From the human T2T-CHM13v2.0 reference genome, Homo sapiens: DNA of 64,000 nt. Numbering within the stretch: position 1 is the stretch's first letter; every line of letters starts with the position of its first letter. This document shows, piece after piece, positions 1 through 14,089 of this stretch. Under the pieces are notes generated by a model, which saw only the letters and a program-made list of their open reading frames with translations, was not told where the DNA came from and did no database searches. A program made the translations under genes and the position numbers. The stretch is from the NCBI RefSeq assembly GCF_009914755.1, contig NC_060935.1; one strand, given 5' to 3'.

Positions 1-1309
1 ATCTATTTCTTAAATGATATCAATCTAAGATCCACCAAAATGTTAACCCTATGAGGGCAGTTCTGTGTTCTGTTCATTGTTTATCGCACACCTAGAATGG
101 CTCTTTACATCTATGGGAGCTACTCAGCAAATACTTGTTCAATGATTGAGTGAATCTAGTCCATCTATTTTGACTACATAAATTAATTATTTGATAATTG
201 TATTTCAACTATTTAACTAACAGTTAAATATTTACATTTCAACTATTTACATGTTTGAACTATTCACAGGAAAATGCTATGACCAATTTCTTTTCTTGTA
301 GCCTTTCTTTTCAGGAGACTAAAACTTCAGTGCATGCAATGCTAATTTGTTGTCAGCCTCATGACATCTTAAATAAAGAAAACCCTCTTTATCCTGGGGT
401 GGTTTGGATGAACTTAGCGGAATGCTCAAAAACTAAAGGTGAACCAAAAAGAAGGAAGTCAATATAGTTCAGGAAGCTCCCTCCTCCTGTTGGCCTTATT
501 TCGATTCTTCTAGGGCTATTACACGTAGCCAAATACCCCAGAATTTAAAATTAAAGCCTTTGGAATGTCTGGCAGAAAGAATATATTCTAGAAGTAAAAC
601 CTCAGACTTAGATTCTTTTGACTGTTTGGCATCATTATTTTGAATTTGCAATGTGAATGAGAAACAAACAAATGAAAAAGATAAAGTAAAAGAAAACCCT
701 CAATTTCAAAGTTGCACATATTTGTCATTATTTAAAAAGAAGAGTACATGTTAAAGGCCTAAATATTTTAAATAAACATTTTCTACCACAAAAGATAGCA
801 TTTTATCATAAAATTGGCAATTTTTAGACCATTGAACTTAATTTGAATGGACTAAACTTTGTCTCTTGGCAACCAGAATCCACACAAATTGGTAGGCACT
901 TTCTCTGGAGGAAGATCATGCTTCTCAATACTTATGAACTCCAAGCTAAAGGCTGGCTTTACTACTGAAAACATCACAAAGTTAAGCCACCAGTATAGAC
1001 AGGAAGGATTTTAAGTTTCTATTTTCTCTTGTTTGTGTGTGTGTTCAATTAATTTTAAAGAAATAACAGTGAGATTCAGATTTCTTAAAAATATTTTTAA
1101 GGACATTATTAATAGCTCAAATAAAGCCATTAATACATGCACGTTATGATGATCAAGTGATCCTGGTTAAAATTAAGGGAAAGGTACACTTTAAAAATAT
1201 GATTTAAAAAGCCCCCCCAGTCACTTAACTTCAGAAGCAGGGCCCGGTAGCCCACCCTGTCCTTGGTTTTTAACATAGAAATTAAGGTGGTAGCTTCGGC
1301 AGGTGTTAT

Positions 1310-1455
1310 TACCAGGGGCTCATGAGTAGACCCTAAAAGGTTTGTGAACCCTCTTAGGATTATGTGCAGCGTTTCACATGGATGGGCACATATGCATTTC
1401 CCTGGGGTAAAAGGCATCTGATTCTCAAAGGAGATATCAACAAAATTGATGAGAA
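1310..1455 (+). mobile_element. MER103-like hAT relic
   Basis: GTGAACCCTCTTAGGATTATGTGC...CATATGCATTTCCCTGGGG...GATTCTCAAAGG. Confidence 0.45.
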
Positions 1456-1718
1456 ATTTTGGTGTAGGGAAAAGTACGTAAGACCAACATTTAGGAATTC
1501 TGGGTTTTAATTGTAATAAGGTGCTTACCAGTTATATAATTGTAGGCGAATCATTTCTCTGGGCCCCAGTTACTTCATCTGTGGTTACTGTGGGCCCCAG
1601 TTACTTCACTGTGGTTCCACACTTGTGGGTTGCGATAACTGCAACTCCAAAGAGTAGTTGTGGGTCTGTGAATCCATAAGTGTACCAAGTTTCATCTATG
1701 GATTGACAATCTATCATA

Positions 1719-1749
<31 letters not shown>

Positions 1750-2156
1750 GTATATATGTATATATATATGTACTATTAATTCATAATGAGTGGTGATGTT
1801 ACTGTGATTTACAAGAACACAAAAGCATTTTAAAATATCCTTAAATTTATTGTAGTTTTTGGTCACTACATGTTTTCTGAATCAATCACTGATAAAATGA
1901 CAATTATAAGTTTTGCCAAAACACATTGGAAGGACTAGTTCAAACAATTCTAAGCTGTGTCCAGCTCAATAAGTGTAATGTTTAGATATTTTATTAAATA
2001 TTCCAAACGTGGGTCTGTGATTTTATGTTTTAATTTATAAGTTTCTGTGTAACATATACCAACATATTTTTAAAATGTACACTGTTTGTTATCAGTGCAG
2101 TAAATGGATAGTAAGAAATATGGATGAAATTTTTTTCCCTTATTGGTTTGTACCTA

Positions 2157-2166
2157 TGTGTATGTG

Positions 2167-2215
<49 letters not shown>
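2157..2215 (+). repeat. (TA)n(CA)18 microsatellite; other dinucleotide tracts at 1717-1772, 23572-23605 and 40416-40482
   Basis: Direct reading. Confidence 0.95.
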
Positions 2216-2217
<2 letters not shown>

Positions 2218-3402
2218 AAGAGTTTATTTCTTTGGTACTTTGGCTGCTGAATATGAGATTTAGTTTTAGACAATTTTAAGTTGATAACATTGCTCTTTCT
2301 CTCAACAAAAAAGTGGTCAAGTAAATTGACATATCTAAATTCAAATTCATCATGTGAAATTGGAATAATAATAACCAAATCATGGCACTACTGTTGCTCA
2401 AAAATTAGAGCCTACAATCTACCTCTGATAGGTCCTTGGTTCTGGCTTATTGGTCAGCCTGCACTCCCATGGATAGGTGTACCCAACTAAGACTAAAGAA
2501 AGTTCTTCAATTATCATTTAAAGAAAATTATTTATTAAACTATTAAACTAGTTAAATATTAATAAGCCCAATAATAAAAATATGCTTTGTAAAGCAAGAT
2601 TTAAACAATTAACAACATACAATTTACTTTTCATCTTTATTATTAAACATGAATGAAATACATAAATTAAAAATACATTTCATATGTTTAATTGGGAAAT
2701 TTAGTTTTTCATATTTAAACTATCCTATATATATCCAAAAGCAAGATAAAAACTCTAAGGCAATTCTAATTTATCATGAAAAGCTTTTGTTCAGTCTAAT
2801 GGCCTATTTAATACTAACGAAAAGTCCGGCAACAGAATTTGGGTTTCTTAATGTTCCTTTACATGACTAAGCATTTTGTGTTATTATTCAAAGGTATTTT
2901 ATTATCTTGTAAACTTAAGTTTATGTTTGTCAATGAGACCCCCAAATTCTTCATTTTTAAAATAGGTAACAATATGAAATTAAATGCATTTATTACTTAT
3001 TAGTGAAGCTCTATATGTGGCTTCTAATTACATATGAATAGTTTGGTCAAGAGAGGCCTCAAAAAAATGAGAACAAGTTTTCCCAGTTCATCTGGACTGA
3101 ATCACTATATGCATAAGTGATACATGTTTTATTCTCAAACACTTGGGTTTTGTTTAAGCACACCAAGCATTCTAGTTTGGCTGTTTCCCAAGTTTGCTTT
3201 AAAGTAAGATTATTGGATCAGACTGGTGTTTCAAAGAAATAAATCAAAATGTACACAGTCAAATTTGTTAGGCAGAAAAAAACTGTCATCTCTCCAAACG
3301 TTTTTTGGTGCCTATGTTTCTCAAGCTCAAAGAAAATAAGACATGCCAAAAAAGGAGCATCTGTCTTAATGTAAGTAAAGAAAAGTGATAAAAAATAATT
3401 TG

Positions 3403-3712
3403 TGCTGGGTGCAGTGACCTGTAATACCAATGACTTGGGAGGCGGAAGAGAAAGGATTGCTTGAGGACAGGAGATTGAGACCAACCTGAGCAGCATAGTG
3501 AGACCCAGTGTTCACCAAAATTAAAAAAAAAAAATTAGTTTGGCATAGTGAAGAATGCCTGTAGTCCCAGCTACTCAGGAGGCTGAGGCAGGACAATTGC
3601 TTGAGCTCAGGAGCTGGAGGCTGCAATGAGCTGTGTTTGTACCACTGTATTCCAGCCCGGGCAACAGAAGTAACATCCCATCTCTAATAAATACATAAAT
3701 AAGTAAGTAAAT
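3403..3712 (+). mobile_element. AluJ
   Basis: GGATTGCTTGAG...CATAGTGAGACCC; GAGGCTGCAATGAGCTGTG; (TAAA)-type tail. Confidence 0.88.
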
Positions 3713-3719
3713 TATCTGA

Positions 3720-4122
<403 letters not shown>

Positions 4123-5007
4123 TCATATTGCCAACTCCTTAATGGTAGAGAACAAAAGTAAATAGATTTATGAACCATTTCAATTCTAGATGAAGGGAAG
4201 TGTAGTAGGTCTTTCTTTAAAAAAAATGGGAGATTGTAGTTGCTGATTTTATTATTTCTAGAGGTGGAAAGTATACAAAGCATGCTTTATACAATTATAT
4301 TTTATATACAGGTATATAAAAATGGAGGACATTCTTTTAATGAGAGTTTTTTTTAAATGCTATTATATGTGCTATAGGTAAATACATGACTATTTTCAAA
4401 TGAAAAGCTTAAAACTTCTCCTGAAAATAATTCAGTGTCATTTTTAGTGATTCTCCAATGAGTTTCAAATACTATATGCTATCTGAAAAGCATTACAAAT
4501 AAAACACTTCATCTTACTCATTCAACAAATATTTTATGTACTTTGCCAGTCACTGTAATATTGAGTTCTGATTATGCTACACAATTGAGTAAAATATATA
4601 CCACTTTAAGGAATATGCATAAAAATGAGAGAAATGACTTTATTAACACCTAACCATGCAAAATTAAAATGAACACAAAGATAGAGAAAGCATATTGAAA
4701 GAACCAAAGTAAAAAAAAAAAAATCATCCTAATTAGAGAGATTAAGGAAGGTGCAAACAGACACTAGCCTTTGATCTGGGTCCCATTGATAAGTACAATG
4801 TAAACAGGCAAAGAAGAAACCAAAAGCAGGGCTGGAAAACCATGTTGAGGAACTAGCATGAGCAAAGACAGAGACTTGTGAATTTCTAGCCCCACACAGG
4901 GCTCTAAAAGAGATAAAATACAGTTGTTATTGTTGTTGTTTTTCCTTTGTACCGGCTCTATATCATAAACTGAGAATTATTTTATTGTGGATGATGTCAC
5001 ATCTCAC

Positions 5008-6973
5008 CTTATTTCTTATTTATATTGCCATTTGTTATTTCTGTATATGAAGAAAGTGGGCTGAAATATTTTTGAGGCTTTTTCATGGTTCACCTTTGAA
5101 CTAAAATGATAGTATTATTTATATCTTCGCTACTGTCTCTGATATATAAACACATTATATATGTCATGAAAACACACTGCATGGTTCATCAATTAAGATA
5201 TCCTAATATTTGATCTCATCTATTAGGAGAAAGAGTAGCAATTGAGTGCATCCATAAATAAAATAAACCTGACTGTTTTTAAGATTGACCAGTCTCATCA
5301 AAGACTAAAACACATAAAACCAGAGTCAGCAAGGATGTAGGGAAGGAAGTCTCACAAAGTTTTATTGGGTGTATAGACCAGCATGGGATTACTGAGTTTA
5401 CAGTTCAACAATCCATTTCAAAAACCTCCCTGTTTTCTATTTTTTATCTTTTGATACAACAGCTAAATAATGAAATTTCAAAGGAACATGTAAATGTTTT
5501 GGTTTGAGTATTATACTTCTGACAATTTATCCTGACATAATAAATTTGGATGCACAAATTAAAAAGAATCTTATGTTAGTATATATAAACACAAATATTT
5601 GGAAATTACATAAATGCCTAACAACAGTTTATTGGCTAAAAAAGTTATAATCATATAATAACACACTATGCAGCTATCAAAACTTACAGTGTATATGCAC
5701 ATAGTTAGCTAGTGATATGGAAATTTTCATAATATGTGTAAGTGATGCTTAGCCTAGTTCCTCATATATAGTGAGCACTTAATCCAGTTTAGTTGTTATA
5801 TCTGCTGTTGTGTCTGTTATTAATAAGATGTTATATAAATATATAAAAAATAAGCAGGTTTTATATCTGTAAATACAGAATGGTCACAGAGAGATAAATA
5901 GCTATATATGTAACAACTTATTAAGAGTTGTCATATTTAGGACATGATATTTTGGTAATTTAAAAATCATTTTTTATGAATAAGAAGGGGTTCTGTAGAC
6001 ATTTTCCAAGGTTACCAATATTTCTATATCACATTGGCTCACTTCAAATTAAAATTCACTCTAGACAAAACAGTGTAACATGGAAGCTTCAGTTCCCTGT
6101 TGATTCATTAAATAAAGTCTCTAATGTTTGATGTTGCCGAAATGCCTGGTAGGATTTCATTAAAGACCGCCTAAACTGTAAACATTTTATTTGAAATTAG
6201 TTATCTTCTCTCCTTGACCCACATATCTCTAAATCATGTGTATGACCTTTTAAAAAATCAATTTTATTTGGAAAACACACTATCTGAGATTCTTTTAAAT
6301 CATCTCAGAGACAAATCTTCCAAATGGGCAATTCAGAAAGGTCACTCATAAGTAATTTACATTTAAACTTTATATTACTTTCTATCTTTTAATAAACTCC
6401 AAAAAATTGAGAGGTTTTCAGAAAATACCTCAGGTCTGCAATTCAAATATTTGGGGCATTTTTTTTTTTTTTTTTTTTTGCTAAGCATATGTTTGATTTG
6501 CCAGTGGAACAGAATTGTGTTATCCTTCTCCTCAAGTAACATCTAACTAAGTGCAGAGTTCATAATTAAAAAATAATAATAACAGCAATGAAGGTGTAAG
6601 TGAAAGTACATAAGCTGGAGTTCCTCTATTGGTGAAAGGTCTTTGCTGCATCAGCTGGGACTCTCCTGACTTACTGTTCATTGCTAAACTTCAAACTGAT
6701 GTATTGAGACCAAATTAAAAGCAATCTCAACTGCTCATATATTCTATCTTATCTCTCAAAATCTATGAATGTGCTACTCTTTGGACAGATTTCTTCAATT
6801 TTTAAAAGTTTAAATACTTTCAGTAGTGTTCTCAATTTATCACTCCATGTCACATATTCAATTTAGTCTTACTTGTAAGACCTATTTCGTTTGAGTCGTA
6901 AATCAATCTAACACCACACAATTGCATAAGTCAACTTTTACTATCTTAATTCTATCCATTACTTACTGCTGCT
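5008..6973 (-). pseudogene. Exon-like segments about 6675-6973 (acceptor uncertain) and 5008-5100 (93 nt)
   Basis: Donor aca|gtaagt at 6674 preceded by IEYVTWSDKLRTLLKVFKLLKIEEICPKSSTFIDFER*DRIYEQLRLLLIWSQYISLKFSNE; actatcattttag|ttcaaa...aataag|gtgaga. Confidence 0.4.
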
Positions 6974-9900
6974 CTAGATTCAAATCAATGAAACCAAGAA
7001 ATCACACATGTTTGAGAATGTTACTTAATTCATTCATTTGCTTTCACATAGGCTACCTAAATCACTCCAAGGGGTAAAAATAAAGTATCTTTTAAAATAT
7101 TCTGCAGATAATAAAATTACTCCTTTCTTCAGTAAAGGGCTTGGAACATCTCTTACATATGTTTGACACTGAAGGAAATATAAAAGTGAACCAGACCTGG
7201 GCCTATTAAAATTAAAACTTACCCTAAGAAACTAGCAAAAAGAAAAGGACTTTTAAGGACAGATAATAAGATCTGTCTTTATCTTGCTGATAATTTTCTT
7301 TCTTTGTAAAAGGGATTCAACATCATAAAAGTAAAAAGAAAAAAAAAGCAAACAAAAAATCTTCATTTCACACTGCCACACAACTCACTTCTCTAATTTT
7401 TACTATTTTGATAAGTCACAATCATCAAAACAATTACTAGAGGCCTTCTTCTTGATTCCTGTATTGGTCTTTTAATACAGAAAGACTTTCAAGCTGTGAT
7501 CTCTATTTTTTGATAATAGAGTTCACAATGAGCTCTAAGAATGTGTCAAACTGTCAATTGATTTCAAAGATAACCTAACAAGGTTAATAACTCTTATCTT
7601 CCGGATGATAACCTAATAACTAAGTATTGCACATCTTTAGTGCCCAAAGCTGCTCTATTTGTCATGTTATTTTTCAGGAAAATACAAATGGCTATTCAAA
7701 ATTTACATGATGCATTTGCACCAGGTGAGGGTTAAATCATACCAGGACCCAATGCTGAAATAAAAAATTTGAATAATTTAAGTGAAAAGAGACTCAAGTC
7801 ACCACATAACATGGTGAGGTAGAAGCATGATGAATGCAAAAGTATATCCAGTACTACATTCAGTTGTACATCGTGATTTAATTTCAGAAAGATAACATCC
7901 TCAATCACATTAACTTAATGATTTTATTTGAATTTTATTTTATTTTAATTGTATTCAAACCTTATTTGAAAATTTGCTCTGGTCTTATAATTGAATATAC
8001 ATTATAAATATTAGGGTCTAATTCATAAAGCAATGGTTTTATATTTTAAATATTATTATAATAAAAATGCATAAGTTAGTGGCAGGATTTCAGGCAAATG
8101 TTTTTCTTTTAAAAGGAGTTGAAAGTTAAGTCTGAAAAACACTGGACTATAGAAACAGGCCGTCAATAGACAATAAGGTTTGCCAAATTCTATGATCTAA
8201 AGCTTTCGTGAAGCAACAGGAAAGGGCAAATTAATACCTGTCAGTTGCCTACTGTGGGCCTATTATATCTCAAGCACTGTGCTAGGTACTGTTGTGATTA
8301 GCAATTTCATTTAATTCTCACAAGAACACTATAAATCTGCTATCAAACTGTTAATGTCCCCATACCATGGGAGAAAAATTAGGACATATAAGGATTTGGT
8401 GACTTCACCAAGCTTTCAACTTCACTAACAACAAAGCTGAGATTTTTAGACCCTGATTTTAGTTTTCTCCACAACCCCATGTTCTCTTCCAAAGCAATTG
8501 TGTTGGCTGTCAATTTTCAGGTTAGAAAGTGACAAAAATAAAAGGAATGTATAAGGTGACAAGAATGTTTAGAATAGTGAAGAAAGATCACATAGATGAA
8601 GACAAAAAAATAGTGTGTGTATGTGTGTGTGTGTATAATTTATATATAAATAAAAATCATCACTCTTCCAATTACTGACTTCCTATTTTGCATATAAGGA
8701 AATGAGGCTGAGCAAGTTACATTGCTAAAAAGGGGCAGAGAAGGAATGATCAATCTTGCTTGCTTAGGCCCAAAGGTAGTGCCCTAGTTAATATGAGCAA
8801 CTGTGATTCTAAATAGAGATTTCTTTAGGAAAATCCATGAGCAAGGTGTAAACTTCCCCCATTAGGAAGAGTGTGATGGTCAAAAGTCCCTCACTACAAC
8901 AAAAGGCAGCTTGGCACAGGATAAGACTCGTGTTCCAGCCTCACTCCTTCAACGGATGAATGAAAAGGGAAATACTCTTTTTGAAGACCTTCAAAGGAAT
9001 ACATATTTTACAGGATGGATATCCTTCATTTATAAACCACACATTTTAGGTTGTTCATATATTATTTCCCGTTAATTATATTTTTTGTTAAAAGATTTTT
9101 AAAAAGATACAGTCAAACATTTCTGAAAAGAGAATATTGCCTCATTAGTACAGAATTTATTTGGGGTAACACTAATTAAAAATTAAACTAAATACAATCC
9201 CAACTAATCCTAGTCCCTTTGACAACATTTAGATGACATCAAGAATAAATCTATTTTAATGCTTTTGTCACATATTATTCTACAAAGTAAATCCCACAGT
9301 TCATTTTTCTAATTATTAATAGAGAGCCAAGAGGAGAAGCTGATGATTAATGGAGTCAGGTACAAGACTACAGGCAGGTGTGAAAAGTGTGTCAGAAAGA
9401 CTTGCGCTCAGATCTTGTCTCAGCCAACAGCAGCTATGTGACTTGATCAAGATAACTAAATTCCCTAAGATTTAGGTTGCTAATCTGACTAGCATCTTCC
9501 TTGCAGGATGGTTGTAAGAGATTTAAAATAACAACATAAATATTTAAATAAAGGCCTAGAATTGGCAAGAAGTCAATGTATGGTGAGTATTATTATTAGC
9601 CAGATGACCATATTGTTTTAAGCCTAAGTGAAAACTTAACAAATAAAAACATTTATTAAAGGAAAAAAGAGGTTTGACTATTAGGCCAATACCAGTAAGA
9701 TTTATCTGGGTCATCAAGCTTTTTCTCATTATAATCTCTCATACTTTCTTCTGTTTACTAGTATGTTTACTACTATGTCAAATAAAGAAAAGCTGTGAAA
9801 ACATGGAAAACAATGTGAAATAAAGTATCTTTTAACATAAACCAAGGAAAGCTGATAAAACTAAACAAGACACATGGTAAGAACAAATACTTGATATGAA

Positions 9901-10816
9901 GGATGGAAATATTAATTGGATAAAAAGCTAAGTTTAAAATACCTACCTGTAATATTTTTAAACTGATAACTTTAAACAGTCATTATGAACGTTAATAAAA
10001 ATATCATTAACCCATTTATTCATAAACAAACACCAAGATATAAGGGCATTGAAAAAGCCCAATCACTTTACCCTTTCAGTTAGTTTTGTTTGGACCAATT
10101 GAAATATTAAAATTGAACAGCCCAACATTGAGAAAGGAGCAAAGCCTGGACATAGTTTATGAAATAGTAATCACTTTGAATGCTAATGGTATTTTAGGCT
10201 TAGCTGTTTTAGTTTTTGAAGTATAGGAAGTGGAGGATGGAAAGATTAGAAGCTGGAAGATTCCCAAAGAGAAGTTCCAATATTGGCTATGGTATAATTT
10301 ACAATTTATTATAGAACAAATAAGTAGCATTGTTGAGAGTAATTTAAAAAAACTCACTACAACTCAAAGTGATCTATAACATGTTCATTTGAGTCTGGAA
10401 TCTTTAAGAAAGGTGAGTATTGAGCTTAATTTGAGCTCAGAGGGACCAACTGGGTTTGACCTTAACATGTGGAAATGTTCTCATCATTTCTTGGATAAAA
10501 CATGCTACCACATATACTGGCGTTTATGGTACTTAAAGTCAAATAAATAGTAAATGATATTAGTAATGATATTCTCTGTATAGAGTATGAAAAACTTATA
10601 GTTTGAGAAGTAGATAAAGTAATACAGTATTTATATTTGCTTTACTTGTCTTCTTTCAACATTTATAATGACTTTGAAATCTGACAGATTTCTCATTTTC
10701 TAAACAATGACAACACAGCCTTCATCCTTTCTGCTAACAATTTGCATAGCTTCATTTATCAGTAGTATTATAACATATTAACCAAATAAGAACAATTATA
10801 GTAAAGTTTCTCTTAC

Positions 10817-11163
10817 CCAGCATTCACATGGCTGGATATTTACACAAAATACAGTCTTTTAACTAGAAGGAAACAAAATGTTTCCAAACAAATTCTGTAA
10901 CACAAGTTTGTTGGACTCTGCATGTCTTTTTCAAGAGAGTCCACCAGGCCCTCAAATACAGTAGAGGATCTTTTATTTTATAGACAAATTTTAAAGCAAA
11001 TTCAGTCCTCCAGTTTCCAAGATGACTGCAGAATAGAAGCAGAAAATTAGAAGAGGTGTTTGTTATATTCACATACTAATACCTGTGAGCAAAGCCAGTG
11101 GATATGTGGGCAAACAGGAGAAGTAATGCATGAAATTGTATCTCACACTATCACTGTCATTTT
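10817..11163 (-). pseudogene. Pair of exon-like segments: 11083-11163 (81 nt) and 10817-10862 (46 nt)
   Basis: tgtttgcctctttag|aaaatg...tcacag|gtatta; cattttgtttccttctag|ttaaaa...tgctgg|gtaaga. Confidence 0.45.
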
Positions 11164-12103
11164 CTAAAGAGGCAAACAGTTGTAATGATTCAATAACTTT
11201 AGATAGCACAGTTGAATTAAAATAAAATGTGATTACAAATATTCATAATGAGCATGATGCCTAGAGCTGAAAATAATGTATTATATACTTGAAAATTGCT
11301 ATAAGATTAGATCTTAAATATTCTCAGGACCAACAAGGAAAATGATTATGTGAGGTGATGGATATGTCAATTAACTTGATTTATTCATTTCACAATGTGT
11401 ACATATATCAATATATCAAAACATCATGTTATACACTAAATACATAAAATTTTATTTGTCAGTTGTATGTCAAGAAAGCTGGGAGGAACCAAATATTTAT
11501 AATGAGAAGTGTGCTGGATAAGAAGCTCTTAGCCTTATCACATTTTACTCCTCTTAGGAAGAGAAGAAAGTATTTAGTATGACTTTGATTTTTGTGTTTT
11601 AAAGCAATACATTGTTATTTTAAATGGGAGAGACATCTTTTATATTTTTCATACACGAAGGACTATATATCCATTATTTAGAAAATTTACTTAAGAAACA
11701 GAGCCTGATATTCAACAAGAAAAAGAAAAAGATAATTATTGGGTCTGTATTTAGTGTTAAACATTGTACTAATTCTTTTTATATACTTTTAATTCGCACA
11801 ATATTTTTATGAGGTATTACTTCATTTTTTTTTTTTTTAAAGAAGAAGGTACACCCCAGAGAAGTCAAGTAATTTGTATAAAGTTACATATTCAGCAAGC
11901 AGTAGAACCAAATCCAGTCATTCTCATTCACTGGGTCCTCTGCACAAACACTGTTTATCTACTCACTGTCTTCTCATCTCACCTCCACATAACAGGGTTC
12001 AAGTAAAAGTAGGTCATTCATTTGAATGTCTTTTTTTAACGAATATTAAAATTGGATTATGTTTTTACATCTATATATCAGCACCAAATTTAGAAAAGCT
12101 TAC

Positions 12104-12419
12104 ATATATTTTTGATTTCCTAAGTTATATAAGGTTTGCATCTTTCAAGATGGTATCAAACAAACTGTCTCCATTAACATGTTCCAGGATGGATTCTAGT
12201 CCATATTCTCTTTTCTCTCCATAACTGTGAATTTGTACTGTTTTCTGCACTACTGATATTTGCCTAAAATGTTCTTGATTGCAGTATATTTTAAATTCAC
12301 AATTGCTCTATTTTTTATCTTCTGCAATAATTTTCCTTTTTCTTTGCATATTCTATATTTTTAGTTTATGACTAATTCATCTGTGGATGACTCAAGAATT
12401 CTGTTTTATTCTGGCACAT
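12104..12419 (-). pseudogene. Exon-like segment, 316 nt (phase 2 to 0)
   Basis: aattatttcag|atgtgc...atatat|gtaagc; contains a stop-free run of about 60 codons (SNCEFKIYCNQEHFRQISVVQKTVQIHSYGEKREYGLESILEHVNGDSLFDTILKDANLI) in the phase expected after 16958-17019. Confidence 0.45.
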
Positions 12420-14089
12420 CTGAAATAATTTCTCTTCTCTTGAGATCACCAAATATATATTCAAATTTTATTCTCTAAATTTCACCACTGAAGGCCTAAT
12501 TGTTTACTCAATTTTGTTTTGTTTTTAACTACCAGAACTTTGGTACCCGGTGTGCTTACTTTAAAATAATACTTTTATAATGCAAAATAATTTTTAATCA
12601 AGTGATACAAGGGTGCCCACATTAATCATATTTTCATGAAACCCAAACATACCAGATGCACCAACATTATCCTATCATGGCTCCTGAAGATAACAGTAGA
12701 GAAAAATAGGCCAAATGAAGCAAAAAACTTTTAAAAGTTGTAATGTGTGTATTTTAGCTGCATATGTGGGCAACAAAGGAAGAAATCATGATCATTTTTC
12801 TTTAGTAATTCTCACTTGGCCTTTTAACGATATTTACCGGATAACTCCATGTACAGCATTATCCTAAACCAAGTAGCTCACATTTTAAAAACAGATAAGC
12901 GAACACAACACTAGATTAGAATAATAATTCCAATATGATTAGAATAATAATATTCTAATACGTATGTGTGCGCGTGTTTGGCGAAACAATATGAGCACAC
13001 CTGACATTTAGTACATAATGAATAAACAAATGTTGAGAAATAGAAAAGGGAAAGAAGTACCTGATGTCTAAAAAAAACTTCTATTAAGAAGTAGTAGCTT
13101 CCTAGTTGAAAAAATAAGTCAGAGGAGCATTGCAAACCATGGCTAAAAGTACAGAAGTGAGAAGGAGCAGACCATGTGCAAATAACTGTACATAGGCTGG
13201 GGTGGCAGTAGTTGAAAGATCAAAGTATATAACATGAAGAGTGAAGAATTCAGTAATAAAAGGAATCAGATTGTAGAATGTCTTTTACATTATGTGTTAT
13301 CTTGCTCAAATATCATTCAATGAAGCTTACTGATTTCTCTCACACCTTAGTGGCCTAGTTTTAAACGTCAGGGTTCTTAACACAAAATTAAATACGCCTG
13401 CCCAAATGAATCAGATTCAGTCTTCTATTAGTGCCCAGGCCTTAGGTGATATATTCCATAACTCTGAAGAAGAAACCAATTTTCATTTTCTTTGTGTTCT
13501 AACATCTATTTGCAACATTATTTAAGTGGCCCATTTTTTTCCTGATTTGAAATCATCTCACATAGTGTGATCTCATCCCAGGTTCATGGTTTTTTTTTTT
13601 TTTGGAAGACCTTTTAAAAGCAATTCAGCCTCCAGGGACAATTTTTTTTTTCTTTTTTTCTTTTTTTCTTTTTTTTGTCATTTGCTTGGGGAAAAGAAGA
13701 CTTTTTAATGGGAATGGTGATGGGAGAAAGCGCTCCCATTATACAGTTTTATCTTTTGAACAATAATGTCTTACTACTCAAAATTAATATAAAAAATAAA
13801 ACTGAAATTTAATAAAAATAAATACAGATAATCCTAATATGATGCAAAATAGTAACATATGGAAAATTTAATGGAACATTAAATTCCATAAACATATGGA
13901 AAAAATAATTCAAGTAACTCTGAAATACATCATGTTGACTATAAACCTATGGAAAGTATAGCATAAAAATAAAAACTGAAAAAATATTGAACTTTGATTA
14001 GTTGATTTCCCGATAATAGTCTTGGTGATGCAATTCTGAAGCTACTCTGAGTATATTGAAAAAAAGTGACTAAACGTACATATTTTGAT

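Noticed and set aside
315-438. Plus-strand exon-like segment with a strong acceptor and open frame (ETKTSVHAMLICC...)
   Set aside because: Weak donor (GTGAAC), no partner exon and no recognisable protein; treated as background.
1560-1616. Short direct repeats here and at 32101-32142 and 35266-35300 as a CRISPR-like array
   Set aside because: Two-copy slippage duplications inside old repeats; no spacers; eukaryotic DNA.
10121-10412. Plus-strand 97-codon frame with two stops ending AAG|GTGAGT; similar isolated plus-strand donors at 28384 and 50876
   Set aside because: Poor or isolated acceptors and no clustering or phase chain. These show the false-positive rate that also applies to individual minus-strand calls.
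12150-12260. Kinase-hinge-like peptide ILEHVNGDSLFDTI on the minus strand
   Set aside because: No glycine loop, VAIK, HRD or DFG motif in neighbouring segments.
12955-12990. Small CpG cluster GTGCGCGTGTTTGGCGAAAC resembling E2F/NRF1 sites
   Set aside because: Too short, derived from a TG-rich tract, and no surrounding promoter features.
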